A stretch of 64,000 bases of DNA from Pseudomonadota bacterium (lineage in GTDB: Bacteria > Pseudomonadota > Gammaproteobacteria > UBA1113). The number at the start of each line of letters is the position of its first letter. Positions within the stretch are counted from its first letter, which is position 1. A program made the position numbers and the translations under genes. The DNA lies in assembly GCA_021781965.1 (NCBI GenBank), contig JAJXVU010000003.1, positions 15,880 to 79,879 on the forward strand. The letters are read 5' to 3'. Under the pieces are notes generated by a model, which saw only the letters and a program-made list of their open reading frames with translations, did no database searches and was not told the origin of the DNA. Of the stretch, positions 48,700-59,360 are shown piece after piece.

Positions 48700-48888
48700 G
48701 ATAAGATTAACGGTAAAAAATACCTTACTGATATCGCAAATACCGAGACTCTGCTACGCCTTGTTCAATCTATACCTGGTCCCAAAGCCGAACCCATCAA
48801 ACTTTGGGTTGCCAAAGTAGGCTATGAACGTATTGACGGCGTGTTTGACACAACGACAGCGATAGGGCCTATTCAGCTCAAAATTTAA
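48700..48888 (+). pseudogene. orphan 3' gene fragment (62 codons, no start codon; possibly phage antirepressor/BRO-N-like C-terminal piece)
   Basis: The open frame ...DIANTETLLRLVQSIPGPKAEPIKLWVAKVGYERIDGVFDTTTAIGPIQLKI* starts immediately after a TAA and has no ATG/GTG. KAEPIKLWV weakly recalls the BRO-N KAEPFKKWV block. Confidence 0.3.
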
Positions 48889-49026
48889 GATATCATTCCA
48901 CAAATCCATTGGATAACTTTGTCAAAACTGTCATTTTTTGACAGTTTTATGCTATAACACCACTATGCACGCTATACTTGAACGAAAATTTCACAAGAAC
49001 AGTTAAAATAAGCATAGAGATCCCCC

Positions 49027-49848
49027 ATGAAACAAGATATATTCTGGACTCCATCAAAAGCTCGATTGAAACGACTTGATGTAAATAATCGTGAAAATTA
49101 CAATTGGTTATTTCTTCCTGGCGGCCCTGGCTTAGGATCAGAATCACTCCGTGATCTAACTGGCATGCTTTCTTTACCTGGGACTATATGGTCTGTAGAT
49201 CTTCCCGGAGATGGTTCAAATTTTACGGAAAATGACGGCGAAAGTTTTTCAAAATGGTCAAATGGACTCATCGAAGCCGTTAATGCATTGGATAAGGTTA
49301 TACTAGTCGCACATTCATCAGGAGGAATGTTTGCACTCGCAACACCAGAGCTAGAAAAAAACTTGCTAGGCTTAGTACTAATGGACTCTGCTCCTAATGC
49401 AAATTGGCAAAATGCTTTCGCAATCTATGTAAAAACACATCCTATACCTGAAGCAGAAAGATTACAGGACCTTTATGAGAGCAATCCATCTAATCCGTTA
49501 TTAAAAGCACTCACGATTACTTGCGCGCCCTATCTCTCCATGAAAGAAAATAGAGAGAAAATGATTCTCTTGCTTGATTCATTACCATTTAATTATAGAA
49601 GTCATCTATGGGCAGAAATGCATTTCGATAAAACATACCAAGCGCTATGGGTTCCTCAAACCATACCCACTTTGATTTTTGCAGGTGACAACGATCACAT
49701 TACGCCACTCAATTTATTTTCTCAGTCCAAAGAATTTCAACGAAATAATATCATGATACGAGAAATTAAAAATGCGTCTCATTTCCCTTGGATTGATCAA
49801 CCTGAAATAGTTCGAGAGCTATTTGCAACCTTTTTAGAGCAACTATGA
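49027..49848 (+). CDS. alpha/beta-fold hydrolase (proline iminopeptidase-like)
   Basis: 273 aa with a nucleophile elbow VAHSSGG and a candidate catalytic His at NASHFPW. Its 3' end converges on rlmN with a 6-bp overlap. Confidence 0.7.
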   Translation: MKQDIFWTPSKARLKRLDVNNRENYNWLFLPGGPGLGSESLRDLTGMLSLPGTIWSVDLPGDGSNFTENDGESFSKWSNGLIEAVNALDKVILVAHSSGGMFALATPELEKNLLGLVLMDSAPNANWQNAFAIYVKTHPIPEAERLQDLYESNPSNPLLKALTITCAPYLSMKENREKMILLLDSLPFNYRSHLWAEMHFDKTYQALWVPQTIPTLIFAGDNDHITPLNLFSQSKEFQRNNIMIREIKNASHFPWIDQPEIVRELFATFLEQL

Positions 49849-50946
49849 CTCCACAACCACCTTGTCACGCAAGAATCTTTCTTTACGTCGAGTTCGGTCG
49901 CTAAAATCACCGACTAATTGTCCGCAAGCACCGTCTATGTCTTCGCCGCGAGTTTTACGCACCATGGTTTGCAAACCTGAACGCATGACTATTTCTTGGA
50001 AGCGACGAATGGTATCTTCATCGGAACAAACATAACTGGTTTTAGGGAAAGGATTGAACGGAATTAAATTAACCTTAGCTGGGACACCTTCTAATAAGCG
50101 TATTAATTGTTTAGCACATTGTGGCGTGTCGTTCACGCCTTTTAACATCACATATTCAAAGGTCACTTTACGGTTAGAGTCTTCTGGAAAATGTTCTTTA
50201 CAGGCCTTCATTAATTGCGCCAAAGGATATTTGCGATTGATAGGCACCAATTCATTGCGCAATTCATCGTTAGGTGCATGCAATGAAACTGCCAGCGCTA
50301 CATCGCTGACACGCGCTAACTCAATCATCTGCGGCACTACACCAGAAGTGCTTAAGGTCACGCGGCGTTTAGCCAAACCATAGGCTAAATCATCCATCAT
50401 CAAAGACATCGCGGAAACGACATTATCAAAATTCAGCAAGGGCTCGCCCATGCCCATCATCACCACATTGGTGATCATTCTATCGTGACGTCCGCTATCG
50501 GTAGACAAAGCACGTACGGCAAAAAAGACTTGGCCTATGATCTCCCCTACCGTCAAATTACGCGAAAAGCCCTGCGTTGCCGTAGAGCAAAAAGTGCAAT
50601 TCAACATACAGCCTACTTGTGATGACACGCACAAAGTACCGCGCGTTTTTTCCGGTATGTACACCGTTTCGATACAATTACCGTCTTCCAAACGCAATAA
50701 CCATTTATGTGTACCGTCTTTGGCGACTTGATCAAGTGCTGGAGTTAACTGCTTGATTTCAGAAACCTCAGCTAATTTTTGTCGCAATTTCTTACTGAGA
50801 TTAGACATAGCCTCAAAGTCGGTTACACCATATTGATGTACCCATTGTAATAACTGATGCGCGCGATAAGAAGGCTCGTTTTGTGTTACAAAAAAAGCCT
50901 CCATCGCGGCACGGTCTAAATCCAGTAAGTTGATCTTTGTGGACAT
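49843..50946 (-). CDS. rlmN: 23S rRNA/tRNA adenine C2 methyltransferase RlmN (radical SAM)
   Basis: 367 aa with the CxxxCxxC motif [12 protein letters not shown] and the C-terminal Cys. Confidence 0.9.
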   Translation of the reverse strand: MSTKINLLDLDRAAMEAFFVTQNEPSYRAHQLLQWVHQYGVTDFEAMSNLSKKLRQKLAEVSEIKQLTPALDQVAKDGTHKWLLRLEDGNCIETVYIPEKTRGTLCVSSQVGCMLNCTFCSTATQGFSRNLTVGEIIGQVFFAVRALSTDSGRHDRMITNVVMMGMGEPLLNFDNVVSAMSLMMDDLAYGLAKRRVTLSTSGVVPQMIELARVSDVALAVSLHAPNDELRNELVPINRKYPLAQLMKACKEHFPEDSNRKVTFEYVMLKGVNDTPQCAKQLIRLLEGVPAKVNLIPFNPFPKTSYVCSDEDTIRRFQEIVMRSGLQTMVRKTRGEDIDGACGQLVGDFSDRTRRKERFLRDKVVVES

Positions 50947-51002
50947 AATTTTTGTTTACCATGAAAATCTTTATTAGACGTATTAAAGTATATCTCATTC
51001 AT

Positions 51003-51066
51003 CCGCTCCCTAACGGTCGCGGCTCGGTATTGTATTTATAACAGCCCCAACCGTCAGGGAACGGAT
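51003..51066. repeat. REP-like element: core CCGCTCCCTAACGGTCGCGGCTCGG plus inverted partial copy (hairpin)
   Basis: ccgctccctaacggt ... accgtcagggaacgg form an inverted pair lying between the rlmN start and the ndk stop. Confidence 0.5.
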
Positions 51067-51083
51067 AGAAAGAGTAATTACCT

Positions 51084-51506
51084 TTAATGCGCTACTTCTG
51101 CTGCATCAAAAAAGAAAGCGATTTCTCTCGTTGCTGCAGTTGCGGAATCTGAACCATGTACGGCATTTTCATCTATGCTGTCAGCAAAATCAGCACGAAT
51201 CGTACCAGGCGTGGCTTTTTTAGGGTCGGTTGCACCCATCAATTCACGATTCTTTAGAATAGCATTGGGGCCAGCCAACACTAATACCACCACTGGACCG
51301 GAAACCATAAAACGCACTAAATCGCCAAAAAAGCCCCGTTCTTTGTGCTCAGCGTAAAAGGCTTCAGCCTCAGCCTTGGTCAAATGCTTCATCTTCATGG
51401 CCGCAACTTTTAGGCCATCAGCCTCGAATTTGGACAAAATTTGTCCGATAACGTTTTTACGAACGGCATCTGGCTTGATAATAGATAATGTTTTTTCTAC
51501 AGACAT
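51084..51506 (-). CDS. ndk: nucleoside diphosphate kinase
   Basis: 140 aa with the NAVHGSDS active-site His motif. Confidence 0.95.
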   Translation of the reverse strand: MSVEKTLSIIKPDAVRKNVIGQILSKFEADGLKVAAMKMKHLTKAEAEAFYAEHKERGFFGDLVRFMVSGPVVVLVLAGPNAILKNRELMGATDPKKATPGTIRADFADSIDENAVHGSDSATAATREIAFFFDAAEVAH

Positions 51507-51721
51507 GGTTTTCCTCTAAATTAAAAAAGTACTACAAGGGCGACATTATAGCGAAATGCGCAGGAAAATGCCAATAGGAGCGTCAAAATAAGTATACATT
51601 ACCTTTCGGTCGATAAAATACTATATATTTTCACCAATTTCCTTGTCATTCTTGTCCCAGTCACCCAAAACCACTTGTTTTGTCTTTTTTTTATACTATA
51701 GTTGAGGTTGAGGGGTAAATT

Positions 51722-52459
51722 ATGAACAATAACAATACACATTTTCTGACTTGGCGCCGCAGCGCTGCCAAGGTCGTAGGCAGTCTGATAGTCAGCACGG
51801 CCTTACTACTGTGGACGCAGCCCGTAGCAGCAGCCAGCCAACGGTACGGCGAAAAACTGTGTAAAGATCCGGACTATACTTGTATAACCGTAAAAAGTGG
51901 CCAAAGTTGGACTTCTTTATTTCCAAATAGCTATGATCGCGAAGTCGTGCAACGCTTGAACCGCACAGGTAATGCCTTGTACAGCGGCATGCGTATTGCT
52001 GTTCCAGTTAATTTATCTCATACCGATTTACTCAATATTTCTCCATTTCCGGCAACAATTGCCTCGCCCGGCCGTAAAACCATTATCGTAGATCCAAAGA
52101 AATTAGCCTTTGGTGCTTATGATAGCAATGGTAATTTAGTACATTGGGGCCCTGTTTCGGCAGGAAAAAATTATTGCCCTGATTTAAAGCGTCGCTGTCA
52201 TACGATTACGGGAACCTATACTATCTACACTAAACAAGGTGCAGGTTGTAAGTCTAAGAAATTTCCAATCGGCAAAGGCGGTGCTCCTATGCCCTATTGT
52301 ATGTTTTTTCATGGCGGCTATGCGTTGCATGGTTCGCCCAATGTTCCTGGATACAATGCCAGCCACGGTTGCGTACGTCTGGTGACTGAAGATGCGAAAT
52401 GGTTAAATACACAATTTGTGAATGTAGGTAGTACAAAAGTGATTATTCGTCCTTATTAG
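51722..52459 (+). CDS. L,D-transpeptidase (YkuD family; EnhA-like), secreted
   Basis: Signal peptide and catalytic HGSPNVPGYNASHGCVRL motif. Confidence 0.8.
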   Translation: MNNNNTHFLTWRRSAAKVVGSLIVSTALLLWTQPVAAASQRYGEKLCKDPDYTCITVKSGQSWTSLFPNSYDREVVQRLNRTGNALYSGMRIAVPVNLSHTDLLNISPFPATIASPGRKTIIVDPKKLAFGAYDSNGNLVHWGPVSAGKNYCPDLKRRCHTITGTYTIYTKQGAGCKSKKFPIGKGGAPMPYCMFFHGGYALHGSPNVPGYNASHGCVRLVTEDAKWLNTQFVNVGSTKVIIRPY

Positions 52460-53385
52460 GCCGTCGTCACCTGTTCCAAAGCTTGCAAAATGATTTTTGG
52501 ATTATCCTGCCCCGTCCCGCTTAATAGCCGCCGCCATAGGCGGCCTTTAGGCTCTCCTAAAAATAAGCCCAACAAAGGTTTTAGCAAAGGATAAAGACGC
52601 GAACCGTTAGCCAACTGTTCACTGGCATAATGATAATAACGACGCACGATTTCAGTGCGTTGAGGTAAGGGAGTACTCGTTGGATATAAGGCACGTTCCG
52701 CTTTAGCTATTAAATAGGGATCATGATAAGCCGCGCGCCCTATCATCACACCACTAAACTGCGGCGCCAAACGGACTATGTCTTCCAAGTTTTGCACACC
52801 ACCATTCAACACAAAAGATAATTGGGGGAAATCTCGTTGCAACTGATGTACCGCGTCGTAGTTTAAAGGCGGCACCGTGCGGTTTTCCTTGGGGCTTAAG
52901 CCTTCTAGCCAGGCATTCCGCGCATGTATAACGAAGGTATTCACTTTAGCTGCTGCCAACTTTTCAATCAGCGGATACAATAATTCCGCTACTTCGGCGC
53001 GACCTATGCCTAAGCGTGTTTTAACGGTAACGGGTAAAGCACTCGCTCCTTGCATGGCTTGAATGCACTCTACTACTAAGTCTGGCTCGGCCATTAAGCA
53101 AGCGCCAAAACGCCCTTCTTGTACTCTAGGGCTAGGACAGCCTACATTCAAATTCACCGCATCGTAGCCATATTCAGCAGCTAAGCGCGTTGCTAGTGCT
53201 AATAACAGTGGATCGGAACCACCCAATTGCAACACCAGTGGATGTTCTGCCTTATCGAAAGCAAGTAAGCGCTCTACATCGCCATGCGCCAATGCCATCG
53301 CCGTTACCATTTCCGTATACAGCAATACTCGGGGACACAATAAGCGCATCAAATAACGATAGTGCCTATCGGTATAGTCCATCAT
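52456..53385 (-). CDS. dusA: tRNA-dihydrouridine(20/20a) synthase DusA
   Basis: MMDYTDRHYRYLMR matches the DusA N-terminus (APMLDWTDRHCRY), with a TIM-barrel flavoenzyme body. Confidence 0.85.
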   Translation of the reverse strand: MMDYTDRHYRYLMRLLCPRVLLYTEMVTAMALAHGDVERLLAFDKAEHPLVLQLGGSDPLLLALATRLAAEYGYDAVNLNVGCPSPRVQEGRFGACLMAEPDLVVECIQAMQGASALPVTVKTRLGIGRAEVAELLYPLIEKLAAAKVNTFVIHARNAWLEGLSPKENRTVPPLNYDAVHQLQRDFPQLSFVLNGGVQNLEDIVRLAPQFSGVMIGRAAYHDPYLIAKAERALYPTSTPLPQRTEIVRRYYHYASEQLANGSRLYPLLKPLLGLFLGEPKGRLWRRLLSGTGQDNPKIILQALEQVTTA

Positions 53386-53431
53386 TGGCGCTATAGATAA
53401 TATGGGATCTTTTTTTATGATGATTCTCCGA

Positions 53432-53620
53432 TTAATACCGTTAAATTGCCATGGCGCGGATAGAGCAAGCCTCGAACAAACCCCTCTTTATCCGCTCCCT
53501 GACGGTCGCGGCTCGGTATATATATCTACTCTTTAATACCGTTAAATTGCCATGGCGCGGATAGAGCAAGCCTCGAAGAAACCCCTCTTTATCCGCTCCC
53601 TGACGGTCGCGGCTCAGTTA
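53432..53620. repeat. two tandem ~95-bp units, each ending in the REP-like core
   Basis: The unit ttaataccgttaaattgccatggcgcggatagagcaagcctcga(a/c)(c/g)aaacccctctttatccgctccctgacggtcgcggctc(g/a)gt is repeated twice. The second copy overlaps the lpd stop codon. Confidence 0.5.
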
Positions 53621-55056
53621 CTTCGTTTTTTAGGCATATACAAGTCTGTTACGGTGCCCTCGAAAATTTCTGCTGCCATCGCCACGCTTTCAGATAAGGT
53701 CGGATGCGGATGTATCGTTAAAGCGATATCTTCCACATCGGCGCCCATTTCTATTGCCAAGCACAACTCGCCGATCAACTCACCCGCATTAGGCCCTACA
53801 ATACCGGCACCAATGACTTTATGATTGTCATTATCGACAATCAATTTAGTTAAGCCTTCATCACGCGCCATACTCAAGGCACGGCCGCTGGCCATCCAAG
53901 GGAAAGTAGCAGTACCATAATTCAAACCTTGTGCTTTAGCTTGTTCTTCGGTCACACCTGTCCAGGCCACTTCGGGATCAGTATAAGCCACTGAAGGAAT
54001 ACAGGTTGGTGTAAAATAATGTTTTAAGCCGGAAATAACTTCTGCTGCTACTCGCGCTTCGGCAACCGCTTTATGCGCCAACATAGGTTGACCGACGATA
54101 TCGCCTATAGCGTAGATATGAGCAACATTGGTTTTCAGTTGTGTGTCTACCTCTATAAAGCCGCGTTCATTCACTTTAATAGTGGTTTTGTCTAAGCCTA
54201 AACCATCGCTGTTAGATCGTCGACCTACTGCCGATAAAATTTGATCAAAGCGTTGTGGCTCACTAGGCGCGCCGTCGCCTTCGAAAGTGACCCATAAGCC
54301 GTCTTTTTTAGCTTCTACTTTTGTGACTTTTGTTTTCAATAGAATTTGCTCGTATTGTTTAGCAACAAATTTATGGAAAGGTTTGATTAAGTCTCTGTCT
54401 GCACCCGGCATTAAACCATCCATTAATTCCACTACAGTGATCTTACAACCCAGCGCTCTATAGACCGTCGCCATTTCCAAGCCGATGATGCCACCCCCTA
54501 TGACCAACATATTGCCATCGACTTTAGCTAATTCCAAGGCACCAGTTGAATCTATGATGCGTGGATCGTCTGGCAAGAAAGGTAGTTTTACTGGTCTAGA
54601 ACCAGCAGCGATGATGACATCATCAAATTGCACCGTTTGCTTGCCTTCTGCTGTGGTAACGGTAATCGTTGTATCATTTTCAAATTGTGCTACACCTTGC
54701 AAAATTGTTACACCGCGTTGTTTGGCCAGTGCTTTTAAACCACCCGTTAAACGGCCTACGACTTTATCCTTAGCCGCTTTCAAGGTTTGTGTATTCACCT
54801 TAGGTGCAGCAAACTCTATACCCCAGGATTTAATATCGTGCGCTTCATCTATAACTTTAGCGCTATGTAATAAAGCTTTAGAAGGAATACAGCCTACGTT
54901 TAAGCATACACCACCTATCGCTGCATATTTTTCTATTAATAATACTTTTAAACCTAGATCGGCGGCTCTAAATGCCGCGGTGTAACCACCAGGGCCACTA
55001 CCAATAACGACCAAAGGAAAATGTAATTTATTTTCTGTACTCATTGCTGTCTCCAA
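53614..55056 (-). CDS. lpd: dihydrolipoyl dehydrogenase (E3)
   Basis: 480 aa with the FAD motif GSGPGGY and the redox disulfide GGVCLNVGCIPSK. Confidence 0.9.
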   Translation of the reverse strand: METAMSTENKLHFPLVVIGSGPGGYTAAFRAADLGLKVLLIEKYAAIGGVCLNVGCIPSKALLHSAKVIDEAHDIKSWGIEFAAPKVNTQTLKAAKDKVVGRLTGGLKALAKQRGVTILQGVAQFENDTTITVTTAEGKQTVQFDDVIIAAGSRPVKLPFLPDDPRIIDSTGALELAKVDGNMLVIGGGIIGLEMATVYRALGCKITVVELMDGLMPGADRDLIKPFHKFVAKQYEQILLKTKVTKVEAKKDGLWVTFEGDGAPSEPQRFDQILSAVGRRSNSDGLGLDKTTIKVNERGFIEVDTQLKTNVAHIYAIGDIVGQPMLAHKAVAEARVAAEVISGLKHYFTPTCIPSVAYTDPEVAWTGVTEEQAKAQGLNYGTATFPWMASGRALSMARDEGLTKLIVDNDNHKVIGAGIVGPNAGELIGELCLAIEMGADVEDIALTIHPHPTLSESVAMAAEIFEGTVTDLYMPKKRSN

Positions 55057-55144
55057 TTTATATTAATATCTACGTTTATTCAAAGATGAGTGGCTCGCGA
55101 GCCACCCATTGCAGAAGATCCTCGTACTTACCATACATCATTTA

Positions 55145-55273
55145 TATACTCCAGCAGTTGGTTTTTAGGGTAGAAGACTAGCCCTCGAGCACCAGGAGTG
55201 TAGTACTCTACATGACTGGTGCGAGATGGGCGTAGGCAACACCCCCTAAAAATCAAATGCGAAGAGTATATTA
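55145..55273. repeat. single copy of the ~125-bp structured repeat element, intercistronic between aceF and lpd
   Basis: tatactccagcagttggtttttagg...cgagcaccaggagtgtagtactctacatgactggtgcgagatgggcgtaggcaaca...aatgcgaagagtatatta. The terminal palindrome abuts the aceF stop codon. Confidence 0.55.
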
Positions 55274-56512
55274 GAAGCTAAGCGGAACACCTTCGATATA
55301 TTCCACTAATTGCTTACAAAAGCGCGCACCATCGGCGCCATCAATCACGCGGTGATCATAAGATAAAGACAAAGGTAACATTAAACGTGGCACAAAACTG
55401 CCTTTGTCGTACACCGGTTTATAGCTGGACTTAGACACACCTAGAATCGCCACATCAGGAGCATTGATGATAGGTGTAAAAGCCGTACCACCTATGCCGC
55501 CCAAACTAGAAATGCTGAATGAACTGCCTTGCAATTCAGGCGTTTTTAACGCTTTATTCCGCGCGCGTTCACTGATGCTGGCCAATTCCGCTGCCAATTC
55601 CAACACGGATTTTTTATCTACATCACGCACTACTGGCACTACTAAACCATTCGGTGTATCTACCGCCACACCCAAATGTATATATTGTTTCAATACAATA
55701 GAGGCGCCATCAGCTGACAAAGAAGAATTAAACTGAGGCATCTTTTTCAATGTTGCTGCAACCGCTTTCATGATAAACACCAAGGGCGTTAACTTAAAGC
55801 CTTGTTTTTCGACTTCAGCTTTATGCTCGGCCCTAAAGATCTCTAAATTCGTAATGTCGGCTTCGTCAAATTGAGTCACATGCGGAATAGTGACCCAATT
55901 GCGATGTAAATTCGCGCCTGACAATTTTTTAATTTTGGATAAAGACTCTATGGTAATAGGGCCAAATTGGGCAAAATCAATTTGTGGCGCGGGAGGAAAT
56001 GCAAAACCGCCACCGCCGCCTTGCATACGTGATTGCACATACGCTTTCACATCTTCTTTTGAAATACGACCCTTAGGCCCAGTTGCTGGAATTTGCCTTA
56101 AATCTAAATCCAACTCACGCGCTAATCGTCTAACCGCAGGACCTGCATGCAGATTATCGGCAATAGTGGGTTGCGCCGTTTCTTTAACCGCAGCAGCTAC
56201 AGGTGCTGTTCTCGCGCCCGTTTCTTTTTTATCAGCAACTTTTTCTTCTTTTGCAGGTTTTTCGACGCTGACTTCGGTCTTTAACAATAAAATAACACTG
56301 CCTTCAGTAACTTTATCACCTACTTTAGCACTGACGCTTTCTACGAGGCCCGCATAAGGGCTAGGCACATCCATACTGGCCTTATCAGATTCTAAGGTGA
56401 TAATCGGATCGTCTACGGCGATTGTATCGCCTGCCTTTACTAATACTTCAATGACATCAACCGCCTCACTCTGTCCAATGTCCGGAACTTTTACTTCTAT
56501 TACGTTTGACAT
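55271..56512 (-). CDS. aceF: pyruvate dehydrogenase E2 (dihydrolipoamide acetyltransferase), single lipoyl domain
   Basis: Lipoyl-Lys context ESDKASMDVPS, an Ala/Pro linker, and the catalytic DHRVIDG motif. Confidence 0.9.
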   Translation of the reverse strand: MSNVIEVKVPDIGQSEAVDVIEVLVKAGDTIAVDDPIITLESDKASMDVPSPYAGLVESVSAKVGDKVTEGSVILLLKTEVSVEKPAKEEKVADKKETGARTAPVAAAVKETAQPTIADNLHAGPAVRRLARELDLDLRQIPATGPKGRISKEDVKAYVQSRMQGGGGGFAFPPAPQIDFAQFGPITIESLSKIKKLSGANLHRNWVTIPHVTQFDEADITNLEIFRAEHKAEVEKQGFKLTPLVFIMKAVAATLKKMPQFNSSLSADGASIVLKQYIHLGVAVDTPNGLVVPVVRDVDKKSVLELAAELASISERARNKALKTPELQGSSFSISSLGGIGGTAFTPIINAPDVAILGVSKSSYKPVYDKGSFVPRLMLPLSLSYDHRVIDGADGARFCKQLVEYIEGVPLSF

Positions 56513-56544
56513 CTTAACCTCTTACATAATACATTTTTAATAAC

Positions 56545-56698
56545 ACCCATATTACATGAATTCGAGACTATTACACCCATCCGCTCCCTAACGGTCGCGG
56601 CTCAGTTATCTTGTATAATACATTTTAACAAAACCGATATTTCACGAATTCGCGATTATTATAGCCATCGGCCCATTACGGTCGCGGCTCGGTTATAA
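56545..56698. repeat. two direct copies of an extended (~65-bp) REP-like element between aceE and aceF
   Basis: acccatattacatgaattcgagactattacacccatccgctccctaacggtcgcggctcag, followed by aaccgatatttcacgaattcgcgattattatagccatcggcccattacggtcgcggctcgg. Confidence 0.5.
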
Positions 56699-56699
56699 A

Positions 56700-59360
56700 T
56701 TAACACTTTACAGGATTCTCTTTATTGGGATTAATTCCTAAATCTTTCATCGCTTTTTGCAGTACTTTTAGCTCGATCGACTTTTCATCGTACAGTGCTT
56801 TTAAGCTGGCATAGGCAATCGTATTGCTATCCACTTCAAAGAACTGACGCAAAGCACGTCGCGTATCGCTGCGACCAAAGCCATCTGTACCCAACACCGT
56901 ATAAGAGCGATCGCCCAAATAAGCGCGTATGGGTTCGGCATAAGCACGCACATAATCGGTTGCCGTTAAAATGGGGCCTTTGGTAGTCGCCAAGCATTGC
57001 GTGACATAAGGCACTTTAGCCGTTGCTTCAGGATGCAAACGATTATCGCGTTCTATAGCCCAAGCTTCTCTATATAATTCATTAAAGCTGGGGGCGCTCC
57101 ACACCTGCGCTTCTACACCATAGTTTTGCAATAGCGCTTTAGCCGCAATCACTTCGCGCAGAATAGTACCGGAACCTAATAACTGCACTGTAGGCTTTTG
57201 TGTTGCTTCTATTTTTTCCAAACAATACAAACCACGTATAATGCCCTCGCGTGCACCTTCAGGCATAGCTGGGTGCAGATAGTTTTCATTCATCACCGTG
57301 ATGTAATAATAAACATCTTCATTTAAGCCATACATACGATGCAGTCCCTCTTCAATAATGACAGCTAATTCATAATGAAAAGTAGGATCGTAACTGATGC
57401 AATTTGGTATTAAGCCTGCCATGACATGGCTATGGCCATCTTCGTGTTGTAAGCCTTCACCGGACAAGGTCGTACGGCCCGCGGTAGCGCCTATTAAAAA
57501 ACCACGCGCTTTTTGATCGCCAGCAGCCCAGGCCAAATCGCCAATGCGTTGAAAACCAAACATGGAATAATAAATATAAAAAGGCAACATCGCCAATTGA
57601 TTGGTGTTGTAAGACGTAGCTGCCGCCAACCAGGAAGAAAAAGCACCCGCTTCTGTCAAACCTTCTTCTAAAAGTTGTCCTTTGACATCTTCTTTGTAAT
57701 ACATCAATTCGCCAGAATCGACGGGTTTATATAATTGGCCTTCTATTGAATAAATACCCAATTGACGGAACAAACCTTCCATACCAAAAGTACGTGATTC
57801 ATCGGCCACAATCGGTACAATTCTATCTTTGATACCTTTATCTTTTAACAAACTACTTAAGATACGCACAAAAGCCATGGTGGTAGAATATTCTCTATCG
57901 TGACTCCCCTGCCAATGCGCCTCCCACAGCGCTGCTTCGGGCAATGTTAAGCTACCTTCTGTTAGTTTGCGTTTAGGAAAATCACCGCCTAGGGCTTTAC
58001 GCTGCTGTTGCAAATAGTTTAATTCAGGAGAACCTTCAGTAAATTGCATATAAGGTACTTCTGCTAACTCTTTGTCCCCCACTGGGATCTTCAAACGATC
58101 ACGCATATAGGTCACATCTTCTAAAGCTAATTTTTTCTGGTTGTGGGCTGTATTCTGCGCTTGACCTACTGGACCTAAACCGTAGCCTTTAACACTTTTA
58201 GCCAGGATAACCGTAGGCCGACCATTGTTTGCGTCCACTGCTTGTTTATAAGCGGCGTAGACCTTTTTGCGATCCAACCCACCATAGCGCATTTCAAAAA
58301 GCGTTTCATCCGATAAATGCTCGACCATGGCCAATAAACGTGGATCACCACCAAATAACACTTCTCTAACCACCGAGCCATCTTTAGCTTGGCATAATTG
58401 ATAATCGCCATCGACCATATCCATAATGCGTTGATGCAATAAGCCTTCCGTATCACGAGCAAATAATTCATCCCATTCGCTGCCCCAAATGACTTTAATC
58501 ACGTTAAAGCCTACGCCGCGAAAATGACTTTCTAATTCTTGGATGATCTTACCATTGCCACGCACCGGGCCATCTAAACGCTGCAAATTGCAGTTGATCA
58601 CAAAAATAAGATTATCCAACTGTTCTTTTTGCGCGATATGCAATGCGCCTACCGATTCTGGTTCATCCATTTCACCATCGCCACAAAACACCCATACTTT
58701 ACGGCCAGAGGTATCTTGCAAACCGCGATTCTGCAAATATTTCAAAAATCGCGCTTGATAGATCGCTTGTATAGGACCTAAACCCATCGATACCGTTGGA
58801 AATTGCCAAAAATCCGGCATTAGCCAGGGATGCGGATAAGAAGAAATACCTTCACCACCCACTTCTTGACGGAAATGGTCTAGTTGTTTAGCGGATAAAC
58901 AACCCATTAAATAAGCAAAAGCATATATGCCTGGAGACGAGTGTCCCTGCATATAGACGCAATCGCCATGTGAAGCATCGTCTACGCTGCGAAAAAAGTG
59001 CAATAACCCTACTTCATATAATATAGCCGAAGATGCAAAGGTTGAAATGTGACCGTCCACACCCGGAGCATTACGCGAAGCGCGTACCACCATGGCCATA
59101 GCATCCCAGCGCATAAAAGCATCGATACGCTCTTCCAAAGCGAGATCGCCTGGATAAGCAACTTCGTCTTCTATTGCGATGGTATTGATATAGTCCGTAG
59201 TCGTTAAGGGTGCATTCACACCCAAACGCCGTGCTTTGTCTAATACCCGCGTTAAAATGTAATCGGCACGTTCAACCCCTTCTTCACGAATCAGGGAATC
59301 CACTGCATCTACCCACTCCTGTGTCTCTGTAGGATCAACATCGATTAAATTCTTTTTCAT
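56700..59360 (-). CDS. aceE: pyruvate dehydrogenase E1 component (homodimeric type)
   Basis: 886 aa; the N-terminus MKKNLIDVDPTETQEWVDAVDSL parallels E. coli AceE. Confidence 0.95.
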   Translation of the reverse strand: MKKNLIDVDPTETQEWVDAVDSLIREEGVERADYILTRVLDKARRLGVNAPLTTTDYINTIAIEDEVAYPGDLALEERIDAFMRWDAMAMVVRASRNAPGVDGHISTFASSAILYEVGLLHFFRSVDDASHGDCVYMQGHSSPGIYAFAYLMGCLSAKQLDHFRQEVGGEGISSYPHPWLMPDFWQFPTVSMGLGPIQAIYQARFLKYLQNRGLQDTSGRKVWVFCGDGEMDEPESVGALHIAQKEQLDNLIFVINCNLQRLDGPVRGNGKIIQELESHFRGVGFNVIKVIWGSEWDELFARDTEGLLHQRIMDMVDGDYQLCQAKDGSVVREVLFGGDPRLLAMVEHLSDETLFEMRYGGLDRKKVYAAYKQAVDANNGRPTVILAKSVKGYGLGPVGQAQNTAHNQKKLALEDVTYMRDRLKIPVGDKELAEVPYMQFTEGSPELNYLQQQRKALGGDFPKRKLTEGSLTLPEAALWEAHWQGSHDREYSTTMAFVRILSSLLKDKGIKDRIVPIVADESRTFGMEGLFRQLGIYSIEGQLYKPVDSGELMYYKEDVKGQLLEEGLTEAGAFSSWLAAATSYNTNQLAMLPFYIYYSMFGFQRIGDLAWAAGDQKARGFLIGATAGRTTLSGEGLQHEDGHSHVMAGLIPNCISYDPTFHYELAVIIEEGLHRMYGLNEDVYYYITVMNENYLHPAMPEGAREGIIRGLYCLEKIEATQKPTVQLLGSGTILREVIAAKALLQNYGVEAQVWSAPSFNELYREAWAIERDNRLHPEATAKVPYVTQCLATTKGPILTATDYVRAYAEPIRAYLGDRSYTVLGTDGFGRSDTRRALRQFFEVDSNTIAYASLKALYDEKSIELKVLQKAMKDLGINPNKENPVKC

